Source of the DNA: Blastocystis sp. Blastoise
Lineage: Eukaryota > Protista > Bigyra: Opalinata
Direction: 5' to 3'
Assembly (NCBI GenBank): GCA_039096225.1
Contig: JBBPEB010000005.1
Coordinates: 1,302,001 to 1,366,000, forward strand
DNA: 64,000 nucleotides
The position numbers and the translations under genes are program-made. Position 1 is the first letter of the stretch. Each line of letters opens with the position of its first letter. Shown piece by piece: positions 29,201 through 41,329 of the stretch. The notes below the pieces were generated by a model. It saw nothing but the letters and a program-made list of their open reading frames with translations, was not told where the DNA came from and ran no database searches.

Positions 29201-30091
29201 TTTGAAGGTTGTTTTGTAATAAAATTATCTGTATAATGAATAATACAATCACGAATACCAAATCCTTTCTCATCAACATATAATGCATATACTCTATATA
29301 AATAAATAAATAATTAATAATTATATATATACTTATAAGTAACTGATTTTGTTTGTATTTCAATATATTCACCTCCAGGAAGTGATTGACAAGATTCATA
29401 AGGCCATTGATTTGTTATAAATTCATTAAATGTAGAATACTTTTGAAAAGTCATTATGAAATATTCATCATCAGACCAACCATTTATATTCAATATTAAC
29501 AACTTTAACGAGGTTTCTGGCAATAACGAAATAGGAAGGGAACCTATAAATATATTTCAATTTATAATTATTTTTTACAGATAAATATGATGATAAGAAT
29601 CATAAATTTCATATTTATAGAAATTAAAAAAAAATATAAAAATCATACCAATTACGTCGTAATCTCTGAATGAATTATTCTCTATGTTCTTAAAGCCTGT
29701 AGGATCCGATATATGTTCTATATAACTTCGTTTATCTGTTATAAAGTCATTATTGGAATTCGAATAAAACATTTCCCACATTTGACCTTGAAAATGATAA
29801 CAATAAGTCTAAATAAATGAATAAATGATTCTAGAATTCTATTTATATATCATTACATACAAGATAAACTTCATTACGATCTTTTCCTATCCAAACATAC
29901 TCAGAATCAAAATAATAATCACCTCCTTGTTTTATCATACAATCTTGTGCAGGCAATTCTCTTGATTTACCTATTCAATTATGTGGAATATTATGGAATT
30001 AAGAGAATAGAAAAAAATTACCTAGTGTTTTTTCAGAATTCACTGCTAAACATGTAGTATAGATGAATAAGAGTAGATAAAATATTCTCAT
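11444..30091 (-). CDS. Giant type-I membrane protein (about 60 introns, roughly 5,000 aa): signal peptide, fibro-slime/PA14-like domain, filamin-like Ig repeats, CPxxxPxxCxDGxCV Cys-rich repeats, GPS-like motif, TM helix, Asn/Ser-rich cytoplasmic tail
   Basis: Start MRIFYLLLFILYYTCLA at 30091. Fibro-slime-like motifs at about 28.1-29.0 kb (DFQ, GFVESEL..DLPV, TFNTWF, YFPL, WFTM, LWVFINKHLFLDYGG). Repeated AG..(I/F)...(R/K)D.(Y/F)(G/D)N motifs at 21-27 kb. Dozens of Cys repeats at 15.3-21.2 kb. Hydrophobic TITMIICFVYLPCFIILLYLLFMLL followed by RYKFR. Last exon ends at TAA 11444. One junction (about 28.75 kb) is unresolved. Confidence 0.85.
19832..19912 (-). other. U12-type AT-AC intron (81 nt, phase 2)
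   Basis: GTT TC|ATATCCTTTA ... TTTTCTTTAAT AACTTTAC|A TGT CCT. Removal gives THVSCPSPL and restores the Cys-repeat spacing. Confidence 0.9.
21621..21688 (-). other. U12-type AT-AC intron (68 nt, phase 2)
   Basis: TAT CT|ATATCCTTTA ... TTTCTTAAT AAAATTAC|T CCT CTT. Removal gives YHYLPLSPLEPEY. Confidence 0.9.
22122..22186 (-). other. U12-type AT-AC intron (65 nt, phase 1)
   Basis: GGA AAT T|ATATCCTATT ... TTTTCTTTAAT AAATATAC|TA ACT GAA. Removal gives HPGNLTEYTLQ. Confidence 0.85.
22917..22978 (-). other. U12-type AT-AC intron (62 nt, phase 0, variant 5' site ATATCTTTT)
   Basis: TTT GAT|ATATCTTTTA ... TTTTCTTAAT AATCAC|TCC TTT AAT. Removal gives HLFDSFNN, matching the filamin-like D.FGN motif. 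Confidence 0.85.
24189..24256 (-). other. U12-type AT-AC intron (68 nt, phase 2)
   Basis: TAT AA|ATATCCTTTT ... TTTTCTTTAAT CTATATAC|A ACT ATA. Removal gives PGTYKTIPHLP. Confidence 0.9.
25841..25915 (-). other. U12-type AT-AC intron (75 nt, phase 0)
   Basis: ATC TAT|ATATCCTTTT ... TTTCTTAAT TCTACTTTTTAC|AGT CCT. Removal gives KTEIYSPISFAG. Confidence 0.88.
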
Positions 30092-33050
30092 TTAATTAAA
30101 TAAGAACTATAGGATGAATTATCAGAAAAAAATAAAAGTGTTTTGAAAACAAGAAGATTCTCTTAATTATTTGTTAGAATCTCAGTGAGAAAATGGTTTG
30201 TGTTGTTTAAAATGTTTTTGTTAGAATTTTCTTTGATTTCTTTGTTGTTTTGGGAGTTATGTGTTATTTATAGTGTTAGAAGATTTTGTATTTGAATGAT
30301 TATGCTGATTGTTGCTTATTATTTTAAAATAATTAATTTAATTTTGAAATAATTCATTTAATATTTTAGTTAGATGAGTATTGTAATGAGTATATAAAAG
30401 TTTATGTGATAGATTAAATAGTATTTTATTAGTTAAATAGGAGAAAAGTCTTTTAAGTTTAATTTTGCTTTAGAATTGTTTGTTTTATTGAATTATTTTT
30501 GATTCATTGTATTATTTAAAGCATTTTACATATTATTTGAAATCAATAAATTTATTTTATTGATAATTATTGCTATGAAAACTGAATGATTATCATAAAT
30601 CTGAATCATATGAATAATATAGCATCTATACATTTTACAGTTCACTTTAAAGCCATTCAATACTTTATAATTTTTCTTATTGAATAAAAAAATGAAGAAA
30701 ACAATAGAATCGTTTTTTCCCATATTTGTACTGCTCTTCTCCATAACTTGCAATATAATATTTTTTGGGTATTTCTACCAATTTTTCTTCTTTTTTTTCC
30801 TTTATCGTTTCTTTCCATCATATAGCATAAGGATACTAACAAACAGCTGATATCACAAAACTGACAACTCAAGTCGGGAAAGAAACACAATTATTAGAAT
30901 GTCTATATAGAATATCAATGAATAGAAACTCTGGTATTTGACCACCATTTCTCTTGTATTATACATAAATTGACTGATTGTAAAAAAGTTGCTAATTCAA
31001 CTGTTTTGAAAATAGTATAAAAATAATTATAGCTATACCATCGGTATTTCCCAAGAAATCAGTAAAAGTGATCTTATTCGTCAAGTGAGAATTCTACACT
31101 GTCTACAGTCAAGTCTAAAAACAATGAAAACCTATTGGAGTCAATAAACAAAGAATTCTTCTACAATTTCTCGCTATTTACCTAGTTTTTAAATAAAATA
31201 TTCTTTAGAAGCTATGTTATCAAAACGAGTCATAAAAAATAGTAACATTTGTTTAATTTTTCTATATAAAAAGATTGTTATTTTACGTCAATACGACTTT
31301 TCCCATGAATCAGCAAACGATATTCAGAAACTCTTCATTCATTTGTATTCGTTGCTTTTTGCAAAATACTTTGGCTATCCTTTTTTATTTTTCATTTTAT
31401 TCTATGAATATGGAATATAATTATATAATTTATTATTTTCTAATGAGTATTTTATGTGTATTCTTCATTAGTAGATTTTAAAAAACATAATAAAGACAAT
31501 TATAGTGATTCCATTTTAATAATGTTGTCACTTTTTAGTATAAATTGTTATATAATGTTTATCAATATTAAAGATATACATAAATGAATTTTATAGGATT
31601 AAAAGAGGAAATGATAAAAATAATAGTTTATAAAATTGTATTAAAAACATTTTGTAAATATTTTAGAAACTTTTTATTCTAAAAATTTATTATTTTTATT
31701 TTAGAATGATAAACGTATTAAATCATTTATAAATGTATTATTCTATTCTATCTACTTGCTAACTTGTTTAATTGATTAAAATGAATACATAAAAATCACT
31801 GATTCTCAAAGATGAGTATATTTTTCTTATTAATAAGTTAAAAATAAAAGTTATTCACAATGTATTGAATACATATAATAACAACTAATAAAAAATAACT
31901 AAGAAAAAACATCAAAAATGATGTTCTATAAAAATATATATGAAGAGTCTTTACATATCAATATCAGTGTCATAAAGAAATATAAACTCATAGATTTATA
32001 AATGATTTATTATATGAAGAGGATCTTTATGTATTTAATAATGTGAACTATTTCTTCAAAATACTTTATACAATAAAAAGTAACAATGAAATGCTTTTAG
32101 AGAATTCAGTAGATGAATCAACTTCATATTCTTCCACTGTTTTCAATCTATGTACATGAATAGATTCTTGATAAATATTAATTCATATATAATATAATAA
32201 CTACATAAATAGCATGAATATCAGGAAATAAAGATGAATTGCTTGTTTCAATTGGTATACATAAGGTATATTCATGTTATAATATACAGAAATGTGATAG
32301 AATAGGTTTTTATAACTTTATAGAATATAATATTGCTATTATTTCAAAAACAAGCGGAGAATCACTGTTAATTGCTTCTATCTTGCTGAAATTCCAGTAG
32401 AGAATAAATAATTAATATTTCATGACATCATAAATCATCATAGACTTCTTAAATAGCTGCTCATGAAGATCAATATAGGATTTTGAAAATAATTTGTTGA
32501 AGAATTGTGAATATTTGACTTTTATTTGAAATATACTTTGCTAACATTTGATTAAAGCAGCCAATAATACATTCATTTATGTTTATTCAGTAATTTTGAT
32601 TCTTGTATTTCTTTTTTTGATTATAATAATGAATTCTTTGAGTATATCCATGTTCTTTATGTATTTTAACTAACATATTCAACTATATCGAATTAAATAA
32701 GTTATTTTAACGATATAAAATGAATAAATAAAATTTAAAAGAAATAATATTTTTCACTTTTCAATTTTTCGCTTTAAAAAAATGATATAATCGTGATTCT
32801 TTTTTGATATATGTTTATTCACTTTGAAATGCTATATAATTGCACTTAATATCAATTAGTAACTAAGAGTAATTCCATATATGTCTTTTCTACAAATTTG
32901 CAAGTTTTAATTTTTCTTGCTTTCATTAATTTATTATTTTTATTCTAGGATACAACTATTTTCAAAGTATTTATTGAATATATTATATAGAAATGCATTT
33001 CCGAAGAATAATACTTTATAATTAATTATTTTTATAGTTGAATTTGCGTG

Positions 33051-36000
33051 ATGTCAGAAAATAAGTCTTTATTAGCAGAAAATAAATGTATGTGAGTATG
33101 ATTACAACTAATTTATATGTTTTTAGATTTATTTACATTTCAAGATGAGACGCAATTATGGATTTCAAGAGAATTTATTGAGAATTATTCTCAATTCCCC
33201 TTTCATGATATTATTCAACACTCTGAACAATTTAAGGATGGTAGCTATTATATAAATATGCTTCCATTTCATATAGAAAAAGTGATTTCATTGTTTAATG
33301 ATAAAAATATAGATATTTCTTCTTTAAATCTACGAGACACTTATGATATATATAGAACACTTCTTGAATATTCAATTACACTTGATAATGAAATTCAAAG
33401 TGATTTATTCTTTCATATTAAAAAAATTATTTGCAGAGTATCTGAAAGAGAATGATTATGAGATATTTATAGGTTATGACAATAGAAACCTGTTGGATGA
33501 TGATTATCCTATTGAATTATTTGATTCAGATTGGAAAAAAATAAGTATAAAAGGTATATTTATATTATTATTTGCAAATAATATGTATAGGCTTATTTAC
33601 ACAACAACGAAGAGAAGAATTATTCTATTATTCATTACTTATTAAACTGATGAATATTATTATAGTTGAAATTGAATGTAAATAGATATTAAAATAATAA
33701 ATAAATATATATAGATGATTATGCCTCAAATATTCCATTAGAATATATATGTCCATTGTATATTCAAGATATATTCCCTTCATTAAACGAATTAACAATA
33801 AATAGTATATATATACCTTTGTTTTACTATATATATATAGTAACTACAAGTAGTAAACAAACTGAATTAGTATTGAATCCAAATAGTGATGAATATATAA
33901 TGGAATATGCTCGCCTATTCTATAGTGATGACTATGAAATAAGTAAACGTAAAAAATATGAGTATTACACCGAATCAGAAATGAATGAATATAATAAGAT
34001 TTCTTCTTTAGATACTAAAAATATTTATTATTCTCGTGATTTGATTGTTTCTTATAATAAAAAAAGAAAACAAAATCAGTTACCAAAAATATTTAAAAAT
34101 AGTATTAATGAAGTTATATATACAAATGATTATTCAGAAATCAAAAATAGTGAAATGATTTGTAATAATATGCTTAAAGATACGGTTAGAATTACATTTG
34201 ATAGTATATATATATATATAGAATTAAAACTTTTCATTTATAATCCTTATAATATATAATCAAGCATTTTATTAATAATCCTTATAATATAGACCACAAA
34301 AACAATAAAAAATTGTGGTATTTTCTTATATATATATATTTTTATATCATTAATTTATTCTTATATATATATCAAATAGTATTGATAAAGTGTCTTCAGA
34401 ATGGGGTATGTCTCAATTATTACAACTTTGTCCTTATTTTTCTATTTCAGAAATATGGTTTAATACATGTAAATAAATACACTATAAACATAATATCAAA
34501 CACTAGTACATTCCTATTCAAAATATGAGGCTATGATTATTATAAAATCATTGGAAGGTGTCTTTGATTCTTTAAAAACATTAAATATTAGATGGAGTAT
34601 GTATTTCTAGTTATTATTGTCAATATTACTACTTTATATTATTATTTAATATAGTTAAAGAATTAAATGATAAAATTAATAATAAACTGTTTATGAAAAT
34701 AATGACAACTCACGTATTTCCAAATGTTACTGAAATTATATATGATGATGGTATAGATATATATTATATAAAGTATATATGATATATAGAATCTTTCAGA
34801 TTGTCTTCAATAAAAAAAGAATGCTTCCCTAAATTACATATTATCAATTACAATGTTACAATAAGTAAATTTTTATATTAAAAGATATTCTAGTTATTAT
34901 AGCTACTAGTAATTTTGAATTCCTTTTTCCTATGGATTTAATGTCAATAATTGATACTATTAGAATAAATAGAATTGATATCAACAATAACAAGGAAATA
35001 GCTACTCTTTTAGATAACCTAGTTTATAGTCATTCAATTCATATTGATGAAATTAATCCATTACTTTGTAGTATATATATTTGATAGTGTTACACTCTCT
35101 ATACAATTACATTTCTTTGTTTTTATATAGATGGATTGATTTATTGTTTACCGCATTTAAAAGAATTATTAGAGAAAAATCTTATTTCCTTTGATAAAAT
35201 TTATAGTATAATATATATATATATATATATATTAAAAAAATATTATTTTATATGCTATATATTATTTTTATTCATATAAAGTTGATACTTCTGATTCTAT
35301 AAATGTCAAAAAATTAGATTATTTTGAAAATTATAAACATAATATTGATCGTTTAGATATTACAGTCAGAGGTATTTATTTAATATATAGTCTATTTATA
35401 GTATTAATAATTATTTATAGATAATATGGAAGATGATATAAGAAATTCTTTAGAAGGATTTTTAAAGAGTAGTGTATTAGAACATTTGAATGAATTAAAT
35501 ATTTCATGTATATTCTTTATTATATAATATTATGTTTTGTATAACGTCTATAGTTGAAGAAAACATAAGTTTTGAATATTTAAAATGGATATCAAGTGCT
35601 TTTAATGATAATAAGATTACAGTTATTAAAAAATTAACGATTAATTGTATATTATATTATAAATATATGATAATATATAGTACGCTATATCAAGGAAGAC
35701 TCATTGTCTGAATATTTCACAATATTAGAAAACATAATGAATATACTGATTCCTATCGCTTCTATTGTTTTTATTTATGGTAATTATATATATATATGAT
35801 GATTATGTTCAATAATAATTTTTTAATTAATTTAAATAAAATTATAAAGGAAATATGACAGATATAAATAGATTGATTCTTAAAGGTTGTTTCCATAATA
35901 TAACTGAATTATCTTTATGTATATATATATTCTACAAACAAAACGTTTCAATAGAAAACATGATATATCTGATCTTATTTTAATATTTGTATTATTATAG

Positions 36001-36837
36001 ACCCTGATGATATACCTGATGAACACTTTTGTGAACTATATACTACAGATAGTTTCCCTAAGTTAAAATTGATCAAGTTTCGTATATATTTATAGTAACA
36101 ATAAGATATATATTATAAATTATGAATCTTTGTGTATTATTTCTTTATTATATAATTTCATTTTATCAATATTATATATATTAATAGGAACATTTAGAGA
36201 CAATGATTGGTGGAATGGTTTTATCCAAAAAATATGTATATATATGAATCATGACAACTTTTCATTATCAACTAGTATTCAATTAATTTGTATGTCAATC
36301 CAAATAATACTATATTATTCATTAATGTTATTAATTCTATAGGTGGTTCTTCTTATACGTATATTTATGATCCTAATACTTCTATTCTTCGATGTAAACA
36401 GGATACTCATTCACTTATGGATACAGTTAAATGTACAGAAGGTACATATATGTAACTAATATGTATTATATAATATGTAGATAAAACAATAAATGAATAT
36501 GAAATAGAGACATTATTTGATTGTATAAATGAAAATAAGACGAAAAGTTTAAAAAGTTTAGAAATATGTATACATATATATAAATATTTTAAATTATACT
36601 TTTTTATAGATATTTATAATGAGGAACACTTATTAGAATTGATCAATTTTATAACTACAAGAAGAATTCCTAAATTGAAAGAATTTATAATTCATATCGG
36701 TATATTCACAATTATATATATCTATAATGTTTTGTATAGATGAATATATTCCAGATGAACACATTAATTCATATAAACAACGATTGATTGATTCTATGTT
36801 TATTCTAGAAAATCATGTGTATTATAAATTCGATTAA
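33051..36837 (+). CDS. Paralogue B of the BTB-like/LRR-like gene; single +1 frameshift at 33420-33426 (assembly error or young pseudogene)
   Basis: ATG 33051, TAA 36835-36837. Largely the same intron positions and blocks as paralogue A (FTFQDET.LWIS.EFIE, PNSDEYIMEYARLF, KIMTTH.FPNVTE, ILKGCFHN.T, YEIETLFDCINENKT). Confidence 0.82.
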
Positions 36838-38661
36838 ATTAAGTAAATTCTTTTATATTTGCTTTTTGTTGTTGCTTTATATATAATCTATTTTTTTTTC
36901 TTATTTAAAAAAATATTTAAATTTCTATTAATTATATATATATATAAATTTATTATTTTATTTGAAAATGATGGAATAAAAATAATCAGTATATATGTTA
37001 GCTGTTGTTTTCAGTATTTGATGTTTTTAAAATAACATATTATTGTTTGCTATGAATTCATTGTTTTATTGTGCTTATTAGGTATTCTTAAAGAAGAATA
37101 AATACTTCAATAGATATATTCTTATACAAAAATAATTTGAAATAATTTTTGGTAAAAATGTTTAATAACTGTTAACTACTATATATGAAGTATTAAAAAG
37201 AAAAAAGACTGTTTTGGATCTACTTTTTATGTTCTAAAAGAATTATAAATTCAAAATATATAAAAAATTATTTGTTTTAGGGTTTCTTATGTGTTATAAT
37301 ATGTTTGTTTAACAGTTTATAAAAGTAGTTTCAAAGTAAGCTGTAGAAGAATAGAGGAAATATGTTGTTTATATAAGAATCTTTTTTCATGCTTAATATA
37401 TAAAATACCAAATAGTTTTTTGTATATGTATAATTAAATATCATATAGAGACTTTGATATAAATAGATTAATAGTATAGTATACCATCCAATAGAATTAT
37501 ACATGTTTATAAATATTGAAAAAATATGTTTTTATGATTCATTATAAATGTAAAATATATTTAAAAATTACAGTTATTAAATGTATATATGAATTGCTAT
37601 ACTTGAAATCATTTTATGTGCTATTATATCATAATTTAATTATTTATTATATAATTGATATTGTTTAAATAAGATAATGAATAAGAAACGTTCTGTACTG
37701 GGAGCTAATCATATTTGGTCTATAGATGAATATGGTAAATATATATAAATTAAGTATCTTAGATAATAATTTTTTGTTGAATAGTATATAAAAATAAAAG
37801 TGATAATAATTGTTTGGATGGAAATAATATACTCATTTACATGATAATTATAAGGAGTATAAGATATATTATGATTAATTATTTTAAAGAATAAAAATAG
37901 AAAAAAATAATGATTTTTTAATTAACTAGAAGGATATTGAAATTGAAAGAAATAAAATAATTTGAATGGGTAGAGAATTATATTATGAATGTAATAAATA
38001 TATAAAAATATTAAATCGAGGATAGAATTGGAATGATTAGCTAAAGAAACATCAAAATTATAATTTAGATCAGTGATTCATGTAGTTCATTGCTATTTAA
38101 ATAATATTAAATATATATTTATGTTCAAATAGATCCTATGAAGAAGATTTGAAACCAAAATGTGAATAAAAGTAGAAATTCAAAAGTAATTAATGAAAAT
38201 TATTAATATTCAGAACACTCTGATTAAATACTAATATAAAATTGACTTGTTACCGTAGCTAATTGAACAAAGAATGATAATTATTTGTTTATTTTGATCT
38301 ATTTTAATGTTATTCTTGTAGATTACATGATTTATAAATAAAAAAATCAAATATTTTTCTTTATAAATGCAATTTTATTGAATAATAAAGAGATTTAAAA
38401 AATGAATAAAAAAATTTGCAAATAATCTATATTTATTTTAGAATAAAAGTCAATGAATCAAAAATAATCGTGAATTGGTGAAAATCTAGTTTTTTATAAA
38501 TATTTACGATTATTATTATTTTTTACGCTATAAAAATATATTTCACAATTGAGTTATTTAACTAGAATTTTGAATAAGAGAGACATGTTTCTCTTTATAA
38601 GATAGAAAAAGAGTTTTTTAAAGGAGTTTTCACTTTTATTTTATTCCTTTGATTGTTTAGA

Positions 38662-40235
38662 ATGGTGAAAGAGAAGGTAGAATTTGATGCGAATAAGATT
38701 GGTGATATTCAGAAGGATGTAATTCATTTTGAAAGACTGATTGGTGATTTGATTGGTATTTTAAGTAAGTCAATAAGTTTCTGTATTCATTCAGGTGAAT
38801 CTATAAATGAATTGGTAAAGCAATCCGTAAGAAATTGTGAAGGAATGAAGGATAAGAATGGTGATGATCCACATATAATTATCCAAGAATCTTCTTTTCT
38901 GAATGAAAATGATTTAAATATGAATAATAATGATAATGGAATTGATTATATTCGATTCACAAGTAGTGGTCCAGCTTATTCTCTTCCTAAACGAATAACA
39001 AATAGTTTAGTAGGAACATTTTTATATGAATATTCTCAAGAAGATAAAAGAAGTGTTGATGGTACTATTTTTTTTGATTATCGTGGTGATGAAACACTTT
39101 TTCCTTTATTAATTGATTCTTTAATGAATAAGAAAATAAATATTGATAAATTGAAATTTGGTGATCAAGTTGATTTATTAAAAATGTTTGAATATTGTGA
39201 ATTACCTATTCCTGAAGAATTAATGAAAACCTATTATAGAAGAGATCATGGTGTGAAACAATATAAAGAAGGTGATGATGTTATTCTATATATAAATGAT
39301 AAGGAAGATGATAGATTAAAAGATTACTTAAAGAAGAATGGATTAATGAATAAGATTGTTAATGAATATGGTAATGGATATGTAGATTATGATGAAAAGA
39401 ATAATGAAATGTATATGAAGATGAATTATACATATATTGATCATATTTATGAATATATTCAATATAATTGTATTTATATTTCTAAAGAAGAAACAAAAAA
39501 TATAAATAGAGAATTATTAGAGAATGAAATGTATAGATTATTTGGTGATAAAGTAATAAATATAGTGAATGAATGTATAATTCCTCATTCATATTTCCTG
39601 TATACACGTATAATTACTAATGAATATTCAATGGAAATTCCCTTAATGAATTGGCTTGGTAAAGAAAAGAAATGGAAATTATTATTTAGGTATATTTATA
39701 TTTTATTAGTATTATATCGTTATATATATAGAGCAAGTAAACATGATTTCTTAGCAAGTGAATTCCATAAATATTGTGATGATCAAGGAGAGACAGTAAC
39801 TATAATCAAACATATAGGTCATAATAATCATATGAATGTATTTGGAGGATATACAGATCAAAGTTGGGCTGGTTCATGTAGTATATTTATTTATTTATAT
39901 AATTATTCAATATCAATTATATAGGCTATAAATCTCATTCTAAAGAATTTCTATTTACTTTAAGTAATGAACATGGTATTCCACCTACTAAATATGATAA
40001 TATTAATAGTAGCTATGGTATATGTTGTTCTTCTTCTTATGGTCCAACATTTGGAGGTGGCCATGATATCTGTATATCTGATCAATGTCATAGTAATTCT
40101 AATTCTTATTGTAATGCACGTTCTTATTCTGAAGTGAAAACTCCTCAAAAACATTCATTATTTGTAAATACAAATAACTCTAATTCTCAAAATAATTATA
40201 AAGTAGAAGATTATGAAGTCTGGGGAAGAGCATAA
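38662..40235 (+). CDS. Protein with helical N-terminus, one or two BTB/POZ-like segments and a C-terminal TLDc domain (3 exons)
   Basis: Long first exon with DGTIFFDYRGDETLFPLLIDSL..LLKMFEYCELP (BTB-like). After two GT-AG introns: WKLLFRASKHDF..EFHKYCD, NVFGGYTDQSW, EFLFTL, YGPTFGGGHDICI, YKVEDYEVWG. TAA 40233-40235. Confidence 0.92.
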
Positions 40236-41329
40236 AAAGAATAATAAATTACTATTTCATTTTTATTTTCTCTCTTTATATATATTGTTTTCTTTTCTTT
40301 ATTGAGAAAAGTTTTTTCAATATATATATATTATTTTTAATAAAATATAAAAAAAAGTTTTGTTAATTGTTTTCTAACTGCATTTATACAATTAAAAGTT
40401 TATCAATATTAATTAGTATATAATACTTTCAAGAATAAATAAATAGCTTTTTAATAAAACTATTTTTAAATATATTTATTTTATAGATATATAACAAAGG
40501 ATAAGATATAAATTATAAGAATAAAAACAATAAAATATATGAAGGATAGGAATTCTATGATAATAATAAACATCAATACATTATTGTTTATTTAAATAAT
40601 TAAAAACAATACTTATTGAAACTTCAAAATAATAAATAGTTATCTATAATATAAAATGAAAGATGTTTCTATTGTTTTATTAATCAAAAATTTAATACTT
40701 TTTATAAACAATTATAATAAGAATACTATATATATGATTATCAATTTATATACAATATAAATAAAAAATAAATTATATCATTGAATTATAAAAATTTAAA
40801 TATAAAAAAGATTAAAATAAATGTATAGAATGAATATTATTTAAAAGAAATGAACAAATGTAATAAAATATTAATAATAAAACTAAATGATTTTTTTAAA
40901 TATAATAAAAAATAGTTTATAAACAAGAATAAGTTGAGAATAGTATAGAATTCATGAATAGTATACAATTTATATAAAGTAGCTAAACGAGCATTTTAAT
41001 ACTATTTATAACTAATATAAAAATAGTATGATTATGAAAAGAGTTTTTATTATGATGAAGAGTATAAATATAAATGAATAATAGAATAATATAGAAAATT
41101 TGAATAAATAATAAAAAAGATAAATTTGGTGAGATATATAAAAAATAATATCGGTGTCTTGCCAATATTTTGTGGTACTTGTTGTGACTATCACAGAAAG
41201 ACATTTAAATCTAACTTAATACAGTGAATAAAAAATATTTTACATTGTTAAAAAATAACAAATGTGTCACTTTTTGATGACAATTGTTGTAAAAAAAGTG
41301 TCATGGAAGAGAGAGATTATTATTATTAT

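Noticed and set aside
29544-29648. Apparent missing AG acceptor, or an internal signal-peptide start (MKFMILIIIFIC)
   Set aside because: One 105-nt GT-AG intron joins DVI-G-SLPISLL in frame, so no anomaly is required.
39960-40154. Minus-strand 64-aa ORF
   Set aside because: Antisense shadow of the last TLDc exon.
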